A model generated the notes under the pieces. It did not search any database, was not told the DNA's origin, and saw only the letters and a program-made list of their open reading frames with translations. The position numbers were made by a program, and so were the translations under genes. A stretch of DNA of 54,179 nucleotides, from the IMG/VR virus record IMGVR_UViG_3300037311_000274, positions 1 through 54,179 of that record; one strand, given 5' to 3'. Shown piece by piece: positions 48,145 through 54,179 of this stretch (positions within the stretch are counted from its first letter, which is position 1; every line of letters begins with the position of its first letter). Source of the stretch: a virus. Lineage: Duplodnaviria > Caudoviricetes.

Positions 48145-48335
48145 GTCTTTGGGGTGCAAATTGGTGGGGATACCTAAGTTGGTGTGAACATATTCTTTTT
48201 CTCTTATAATATAAATGTCAGTCAGGGATTTTCCGTGCCTACTGCGGGCAGCAAGCGGGTTTCTGGGAATCCGGTTGCCCGACCAGCGTGAACGAACCGG
48301 ATTTTTGCTCATGGATGGCAAAACGGTTGGAAATC

Positions 48336-48356
48336 AAAAAGCGCCCGAAGGCGCTT
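48336..48356 (-). terminator. UUCG-tetraloop terminator; hairpin repeated at 48933-48948
   Basis: Minus strand AAGCGCC-TTCG-GGCGCTTTTT; GCGCCCGAAGGCGCTT occurs twice, flanking ORF 48414-48902. Confidence 0.7.
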
Positions 48357-48413
48357 GACAAATAAGCGTCCTGAGCCTTTTATCGTCATGCTCAGGACGC
48401 TAGGTCAATAGAG

Positions 48414-48902
48414 TTATACGTGAGCTTTGTAAACCCAAAGTTTCCCGTCCCACATCCCGTAGACGCCGTATCCGGCGTTCCAAACAGCCATTCTTAAGAT
48501 GGCGTGGTTGTAATACCAGCCGCGCTCGTCACTCGCTATCGCAGCGTAGTAAAACAACCAGTCGCGTAACAGGCAGTGTCCGAGAGAAACTGTGGTATAA
48601 TGTCCCCCGCGTCCTTTCCAGTTCTTTATTGCCGCCTGAAACTCCTCGTTTGCACGCATGGTTATAGCGTGACGCTCGTACATCGGATAATTGGCGTAGT
48701 TACTTCTGTACGCCCAATACTTGTGAATATCATCTTCTGCGTGCCATGTCATATACGACATGCCACGTTTTTGGATTTCCACAGATATTTCAGCAAGCGA
48801 ACTGAAAACCTGTACGTTCTTGGGGAACGCAAAAGGCAGGTTTTCCATGTACGGCATTTTTAAAAGGTTTATCATCTTCTCACTTACTTTCTGGCGCACC
48901 AT
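48414..48902 (-). CDS. hypothetical protein
   Basis: 162-aa ORF between the repeated hairpins. Confidence 0.6.
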   Translation of the reverse strand: MVRQKVSEKMINLLKMPYMENLPFAFPKNVQVFSSLAEISVEIQKRGMSYMTWHAEDDIHKYWAYRSNYANYPMYERHAITMRANEEFQAAIKNWKGRGGHYTTVSLGHCLLRDWLFYYAAIASDERGWYYNHAILRMAVWNAGYGVYGMWDGKLWVYKAHV

Positions 48903-48946
48903 GCGCCCGTTTTTGGTTAATTTAAATTGGATGCGCCCGAAGGCGC

Positions 48947-49336
48947 TTAAAACACGATGCGGCTACAGCGCCACATCTCATAATCAAAGCCCATCAATTG
49001 GGCAGCTTCGTCCAAGATGGCTTGTAACTGCGGGTCATGCTCTTGCTCATCCCCGTTGTGGTAATTCATCAGGGATTGCAGCACTGTTTCGATTTGATGG
49101 GCTTTTGCCGATGCTTTTGCCGATGCTTCTGCCCGATATTGGGCAAGGTAATTTTTGCCTTCGGGCGAGATGGCAATCACCACCACCTCATTTCCACGGT
49201 CAATTGTGACTGTGTATAAATCGGCGAAATCACCGTAACCATAAAATTCACTCTTATGGTATTTTCCCACTGACATCACAAGGCTTTTATGTTCGATGCT
49301 GAGTAGTAAATTATGTTGTTCTTCGTAGATTTGCAT
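48947..49336 (-). CDS. hypothetical protein
   Basis: ATG right after the recombinase stop; RBS GAGG. Confidence 0.6.
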   Translation of the reverse strand: MQIYEEQHNLLLSIEHKSLVMSVGKYHKSEFYGYGDFADLYTVTIDRGNEVVVIAISPEGKNYLAQYRAEASAKASAKAHQIETVLQSLMNYHNGDEQEHDPQLQAILDEAAQLMGFDYEMWRCSRIVF

Positions 49337-49337
49337 G

Positions 49338-50333
49338 TTATTCCTCACGGTTAAATATGGCGGGCGGGCGGCGCTGCGATGCATCCAGTGTGCCGATGTA
49401 ACGCTGTGTGGTGGCAACACTGGTATGCCCTAAGTTCTGCCGGATTCGTTCCACGTCTAATCCGGCTTCGTAACAGAGACGGGCGTATGTACGGCGTAAG
49501 TCGTGAGGCTGCACCAGCTTGTATTGCCCGGCGATGTTGACCGGGTACTGCTGGAAGATGCGATTCACGCTGCGCGTGGTGATGGCATTGGACAAAATAT
49601 TTTTGTGTCTATCCATGCCCCGAAAAACTGCCCCTGCGGAGATGCCAGCAGCATCTAACCACGATTGAACATCGTTAAGGCACCAATCCATTTCGCCATA
49701 GGGAACTAGGCGCTGTTTGTTGCCCTTGCCGCTTCGGATAAGTAGGGCAAGTTCATCCCCCAAGTGGCAGCGCAGGTCTGTCACATGAAGGGCGCAAAGT
49801 TCGGCTTCGCGGATGCCTGTACATGCCAACAGCGCGAAAATAGCCGTTGCCCGGATGCCAGATAGTGACCCGCATCCGGGCGCAGCGATTAGCTGCTGCA
49901 CCTGATTGGGTTTAAGTCGCAGATGTGCCTCTGCGGTTGTATCCTGCACCACCACCGTTTTAACGGCGCTTCGCTGGGCATTGGTGGCATTGGTTAGGCG
50001 AATTAGCATCTCATCCACCGCCGCCTTTTTTTCCACAAAATCGGCGTCCGGTGGCGTGAGGCTGTAGAGCATATCCCGCAAACCGTTGTCCTGCAAAACG
50101 CGCCTATATTGCCCGCGGATGGTCGCCAGATGTGCGGCAACGCTGGTAGGGGATAGGCGGCGGGCAAGCAGCAAATAATCACGATAGGAGTCTAGTTCCG
50201 GCTGCCACCACGGAATTTTTACCTCCGTGAGCCATGCCTGATAATTTTTCAGGCGCGATTTCACATCTTTGTTGGCAGACACGCCAAATAAGATATGTTG
50301 CGACTGCGGCACGATAGGAATCAGGGTATCCAT
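49338..50333 (-). CDS. tyrosine recombinase (integrase/resolvase)
   Basis: TGIREAEL (R), KGNKQR (K), HDLRR, LGH, TTQRY; no obvious N-terminal arm-binding domain. Confidence 0.95.
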   Translation of the reverse strand: MDTLIPIVPQSQHILFGVSANKDVKSRLKNYQAWLTEVKIPWWQPELDSYRDYLLLARRLSPTSVAAHLATIRGQYRRVLQDNGLRDMLYSLTPPDADFVEKKAAVDEMLIRLTNATNAQRSAVKTVVVQDTTAEAHLRLKPNQVQQLIAAPGCGSLSGIRATAIFALLACTGIREAELCALHVTDLRCHLGDELALLIRSGKGNKQRLVPYGEMDWCLNDVQSWLDAAGISAGAVFRGMDRHKNILSNAITTRSVNRIFQQYPVNIAGQYKLVQPHDLRRTYARLCYEAGLDVERIRQNLGHTSVATTQRYIGTLDASQRRPPAIFNREE

Positions 50334-50334
50334 G

Positions 50335-50703
50335 TTAATCATTCTCCAACGGCAGCGGATTTGCTGGGATGGGGTATGCTCCTGTTCGACGGGCACCGCC
50401 CCAGCCGGGTAAATCCTCTACCCAAAAACATCCATGTTTCTTTAGCTTGGTAGCGATGGCTTGCCGCAAGAAATCTGATTTCCCTTGCGCTTCCAGTACA
50501 AGCGGCTCACCGCCATCAGATGCGGTTTCAAGTTCATCAAGCGTATAACCACGGCGCTGAAGTTCTTCGGCGATGGCAGCCCTCATGAAGCGTTTTACAC
50601 TCATATGTTTTCGGCACGCATCAATCGCGTCAATTTGCGCTTTTGAAAACGACGCAGCTATTTTTACCTTGTTGATAGTCACAGCTATTTGTTTGTTTTT
50701 CAT
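50335..50703 (-). CDS. putative RHH-type DNA-binding protein
   Basis: Two RHH-like helices (SVKRFMRAAIAEEL; KSDFLRQAIATKL) and a WGGAR motif. Confidence 0.55.
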   Translation of the reverse strand: MKNKQIAVTINKVKIAASFSKAQIDAIDACRKHMSVKRFMRAAIAEELQRRGYTLDELETASDGGEPLVLEAQGKSDFLRQAIATKLKKHGCFWVEDLPGWGGARRTGAYPIPANPLPLEND

Positions 50704-50756
50704 GGTTTGCCTTTCACCCCTGCTCATGGTGGAGCAGGGGGGAAACTGAATTTAGA

Positions 50757-51085
50757 TTAATCCCATGCCATCATTTCATGCTGGAGAGAACCATCCAGCA
50801 GAATAATGTTTTCTACCTTGACCCACCAATTGTTATGCTGGCACAGCACTACTGCCGCTTTGCCGCTTATATGTGTCCAGAGTTGAATGTTTTTCTTTGC
50901 AAGCGCGTCACGGATTGCTTCTTTTATTTCGTCTGAAGCAATTAGCTCAGGCAGGGTATAAGTCTGGCGGTATCCCGCCACTTCCCGGTCTTTAAGTACG
51001 CCATCTTCTATTATCAAGTGGGATATGAATGCCCACCGTTTGTAAATATGTCCTTCTGGGAACACTGCAAACGCATATTTGCCAT
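50757..51085 (-). CDS. hypothetical protein, start ambiguous or frameshifted
   Basis: GTG 51065 is in frame; the coupled ATG 51085 joins the frame only if A3 at 51078-51080 were A4. Confidence 0.5.
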
Positions 51086-51086
51086 T

Positions 51087-51623
51087 TCACCAGAGTGTTA
51101 ATTCATGTTTCTCAAATTTTTGGCGCAGCAGATGAAAAACTTCTGAACTTGTTACTTGCTCCTGTACTTGGTCAAGCGTCGCAGGCGGCAAGGTGTAAGG
51201 TGTATGGTGTTCGCTATACATACATATTGCATCTTTTACCCGCAATTCTGGGTCTAACTGGATGCACATTTTTTCTACTTTTTGGCGAAAATCCTGCGTC
51301 CAAGAAAGCCAAAAGAGAGGGAAATCAGGTTGGCGTATTAAGAGATTCCGAAACTCGTTGAACGTTTTCGCGCCGAAATCGCGTATTTCATACTTCAAAC
51401 TATCGGGGTTTGCTTCACGGATTGTTTCCAATACGGCATAGCAATACGCCGCCTCTGCCACCATTTCCGCGACTACCGGGCGGGGTAGCGTGTCTATTTT
51501 CGCCATTTCTGGTATGTCATAATCAAACATATCCTGATGGGCGCTAGAGGTAGCCATTTCGCAAATGCGATTCAACTTTAAACGGACTACTTCAAGTTTT
51601 TCTTTAATTTGGTTGTCTTCCAT
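51087..51623 (-). CDS. hypothetical protein
   Basis: RBS GGAG; 178 aa. Confidence 0.7.
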   Translation of the reverse strand: MEDNQIKEKLEVVRLKLNRICEMATSSAHQDMFDYDIPEMAKIDTLPRPVVAEMVAEAAYCYAVLETIREANPDSLKYEIRDFGAKTFNEFRNLLIRQPDFPLFWLSWTQDFRQKVEKMCIQLDPELRVKDAICMYSEHHTPYTLPPATLDQVQEQVTSSEVFHLLRQKFEKHELTLW

Positions 51624-51642
51624 GATATTTTCTCCATGTTGG

Positions 51643-51843
51643 TTATTTTTGTCTTCGGCGGGCTAAAACGCGCCTAATGATGGTTGGTTTATGGCGCTCA
51701 TAATAGCGCCGATTTTGTGCTTTTTTCCGGCACTCTAATGAGCAGTACCGGGATTGCGTGTTATCGGTCTGGTACTCTGTACCGCAATGCTGGCAGCGGC
51801 GGGGCAAACCGCCGCCGCTATCGATTCTGGGTGCATCATTCAT
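51643..51843 (-). CDS. small Zn-finger basic protein
   Basis: CQHCG...YCSLECR with basic tail. Confidence 0.7.
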   Translation of the reverse strand: MNDAPRIDSGGGLPRRCQHCGTEYQTDNTQSRYCSLECRKKAQNRRYYERHKPTIIRRVLARRRQK

Positions 51844-52567
51844 CTTGGGCAGCTTTGGCTTGCCAAGATTCTCTCTCAACGATGGCGGTAATTTGCCGGG
51901 CTAAACAGGTGGCAATATAACCTGCGTCATGCATGTACCACGCAAGCGCCCCCTTGGGGATGACAATCGAAATGCCTAGCATTTCCCGCCCGCTGCGGAC
52001 GACTTTATAGCGCCGCGCAAGCACAGCACCGCGCAAGAATTGGTCTTTGTCAATTCCTTGGCTAACCGTATCGCCAAGGTTCAGACAAAATTCGTGCATG
52101 GTGGCATATCCTTCTCGGTGATTACGCCAATTTGCAAATGTGTGATAATACTGCAAGTCAAATAGATCTTGCTCCGTGATAGCATCGGGCGAAGGCACGG
52201 GCAAATTTTGGGCTTCGGCAATGCCGCGGGCGATAATCGCCAACTGGCGGTTGAGCCAAGCGGTATTTTCTGCACGCTGATGTTGTTCTTTTTCTTCGCG
52301 GCGCTTATTTTCTTCTTCGCGGCGCTTATTTTCTTCGGCTTCGGCTGTCACGCTTGCCGTGACCAGCACAATAAATTCAGCAGCGGTGGTATAATCACCT
52401 TGATGCTTGATGCGCCCGGCGTGGACGCGAAATTTTGCTTTATCAGCACCGGACAACGTTTTGTAAAATGTATCAATTTCTATCAGATACCCCCCACTTG
52501 ATAATTCGCCGCGGATGCCGGATGCATTGCATTTTGCAATGAATGGGGGAAATGGTGATTTTTGCAT
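51836..52567 (-). CDS. hypothetical protein
   Basis: RBS AAGG; contains a 21-bp tandem duplication (EEENKRR x2). Confidence 0.7.
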   Translation of the reverse strand: MQKSPFPPFIAKCNASGIRGELSSGGYLIEIDTFYKTLSGADKAKFRVHAGRIKHQGDYTTAAEFIVLVTASVTAEAEENKRREEENKRREEKEQHQRAENTAWLNRQLAIIARGIAEAQNLPVPSPDAITEQDLFDLQYYHTFANWRNHREGYATMHEFCLNLGDTVSQGIDKDQFLRGAVLARRYKVVRSGREMLGISIVIPKGALAWYMHDAGYIATCLARQITAIVERESWQAKAAQDE

Positions 52568-52655
52568 GATGTTTTAACCTTTCAGGATAGAGTTTTGGAT
52601 TCAATTTGAGTGTAATCAGGAATTGGAAAATCTTGCTCCGATTCCTGATTCTGAT

Positions 52656-53085
52656 TTATCTTTTTATCCGGGCGATAACTTGGCGGTGTCCCCCTTTCAC
52701 TTTTTCCCATGCGCCCGCCTTAATCAGCGGAGTTGATAGTTCGGGCAATTCATCCCCGTAAAAGAAGATGAAAATTTTGTTAAGCGCCGCCTTCACCGAA
52801 AACTGTCCATCTAGCGCCACCATGGACTCAATCTGTGCCAGCGTCATCGGCATTAAGTCCGTATGTAAAAGCGTGTATAAATCGGCATCATCATCGGCAT
52901 CATCATCGGCATCATCATCGTCATCATCGTCATCTTCAATGCTTTCAGCAAACCAATAACCGTCCCCAATCTTGATAACATGGACTACGCCGCCAGTGCT
53001 GGCGCGTTCATCAGACTCAAAGACTTCAAACGGGTCTTCTTCTTCTTCTTCGTGATACTGTTTGTGCGATAGTAGTTGTGGTCAT
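52656..53085 (-). CDS. highly acidic protein, frameshifted near its start
   Basis: Frame open from ~53081: QYHEEEEEDPFEVFESDE...IEDDDDDDDADDDADDDADLY. ATG 53085 with RBS AAAGGA is out of frame by +1. Confidence 0.55.
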
Positions 53086-53090
53086 GGTGG

Positions 53091-53228
53091 TTATCCTTTA
53101 GCGTTCAGTTTGATTTTTAGCGTGTTTTTGGTGGTCTTGCTGGCATAGTATTGATATGCCTCATAATTCGTGATGATGGTCAATCTCACAATTTTGGTTG
53201 TGCGTTTGCGCGTGTTTATATGTGGCAT
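53091..53228 (-). CDS. 45-aa basic protein (below the ORF-track cutoff)
   Basis: GGGGGG RBS; MPHINTRKRTTKIVRLTIITNYEAYQYYASKTTKNTLKIKLNAKG*. Confidence 0.45.
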   Translation of the reverse strand: MPHINTRKRTTKIVRLTIITNYEAYQYYASKTTKNTLKIKLNAKG

Positions 53229-53277
53229 TGTGATTTATCCCCCCATGTTTTTCATGACGAAAATTGTGATTTTTGTC

Positions 53278-53550
53278 TCATCCGCCGCCGATGCGCCAAA
53301 TTGTTCTAATGCGTTTCATTGTCATGCTGGCATTGGCTGATACTAATTCAATTTCAATTGTGGTTATGTTCTCATCGTGATAATAGCTGTCAGCAGTAGG
53401 TAAGCTGTCCACGATGGAGTCCGCTAATGTTTGGCGTGTTTTTTTGCTATATGCTGGCAACGTGATTTCTATCACGAGATAATTCAGACCGAAAACAGGA
53501 CAGATAATGTTCTGGTAAATAAATCGCTGGATTCTCAGTGTGTTTTGCAT
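53278..53550 (-). CDS. hypothetical protein
   Basis: 90-aa ORF in the early operon. Confidence 0.55.
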   Translation of the reverse strand: MQNTLRIQRFIYQNIICPVFGLNYLVIEITLPAYSKKTRQTLADSIVDSLPTADSYYHDENITTIEIELVSANASMTMKRIRTIWRIGGG

Positions 53551-53647
53551 GATATTACTCTATAATGGCGTTAGATTTATGATTTACCGTTTTTCTGCTG
53601 ATTTCCCCTGTGCCTATGGTCAAGATAAGCACAGGGGGTTATATAGG

Positions 53648-53878
53648 CTATTTACGGTTATTTTTGCTTATATGTATGGCTACACGCCCGGCTGTTAAAA
53701 TGCCAGCAATTGCGGTAACAAACTGTGGCGCTAAAATAAATGCCACAAAAATGAGAATGGCGGCGATAATACCGAAAAACATTTTTAGCACGAATGCGAT
53801 AATCAGTAGGATAATGCGTGCCGTGTGGTAAATGGCTTTTGCGGTTAGGATAATCAGGTTTTTCAGTAGGTTAGTCAT
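53648..53878 (-). CDS. small hydrophobic membrane protein, first early gene
   Basis: RBS AAGGA; two or more hydrophobic helices. Confidence 0.65.
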   Translation of the reverse strand: MTNLLKNLIILTAKAIYHTARIILLIIAFVLKMFFGIIAAILIFVAFILAPQFVTAIAGILTAGRVAIHISKNNRK

Positions 53879-53923
53879 GGTGGTTTTCCTTATTTAGTCA
53901 TAATTGTTTCGCTTGTTTCCTTA

Positions 53924-53951
53924 ACTATATACCCAATTTCAAGTATGTCAA
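53924..53951 (-). promoter_or_regulatory. strong sigma70-type early promoter
   Basis: Minus strand TTGACA-16-TATAGT with AT-rich upstream DNA. Confidence 0.7.
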
Positions 53952-54098
53952 GTAGTCAATTTAATCAATTCAATCAAAATTCAAAACCTTAAGCCTTTCT
54001 TAATTCTTTATGAATTCTCAATTATCTATATACGCACACGGTAGCACAGCCTTCCTTATGGACTTTCGCATTAGAGATGACAGATATAGAATAGCGGA

Positions 54099-54179
54099 AT
54101 GAGAACACGAGCCTTGCATTTAACAGAAACAGAAGTGGCCACCCTCAAACAAGCCGAACAGCAGACGAAACGCACGCAG
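54099..54179 (+). mobile_element. 5' end of a probable IS630-family transposase (partial, window edge)
   Basis: MRTRALHLTETEVATLKQAEQQTKRTQ... resembles IS630 N-termini; preceded by TATA at 54085. Confidence 0.55.

Noticed and set aside
48365-48401. 12-bp inverted repeat as the tyrosine-recombinase core site
   Set aside because: The 13-nt spacer is longer than the usual 6-8 bp, and its position just after a stop codon fits an RNA hairpin better. Not fully excluded.
49102-49135. 12-bp tandem repeat (CTTTTGCCGATG) and the 21-bp repeat at 52292-52333
   Set aside because: Short in-frame slippage duplications in helical linkers, with no sign of further function.
1-54179. tRNA/rRNA genes, canonical parS (TGTTTCACGTGAAACA) and self-cleaving ribozymes
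   Set aside because: None were recognised by eye; tRNAscan-SE and Infernal would be needed to exclude them formally.

Overview
The window looks like an essentially complete ~54 kb temperate tailed (siphovirus-like) phage genome. The host is probably Chloroflexota/Anaerolineae, an inference from the style of the IS630-like fragments, REP-like palindromes and Pro/Thr linkers. The + strand from 0.5 to 30.7 kb carries an amino-MTase, terminases, a portal fused to a MuF-like domain, protease/scaffold, capsid, tail genes, tape measure, tail tip/fibre and a membrane/secreted gene trio with no recognisable endolysin. A DNA-metabolism cassette (C5-MTase with an overprinted gene, exonuclease, ASCH) splits the tail operon. 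The - strand from 30.8 to 43.4 kb carries two more MTases, DUF5131, a DnaC-like loader, an initiator containing iterons, and a Sak4-like ATPase. A divergent RHH-repressor operon (43.8-48.0 kb) encodes ParA plus an LmbU-type HTH partner with no ParB CTPase domain. A tyrosine recombinase and small early genes follow (48.4-53.9 kb). The two window ends look like the 3' and 5' pieces of an IS630-type transposase, which suggests a circle opened at an IS. The best candidates for new biology are a non-canonical ParA/LmbU-like partition system with an antisense RNA upstream of rep (a phage-plasmid lifestyle), an endolysin-less lysis cassette, an overprinted MTase partner, and several early genes with frameshifts in their first ~10 codons. 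All calls come from motif recognition by eye; no searches were run.
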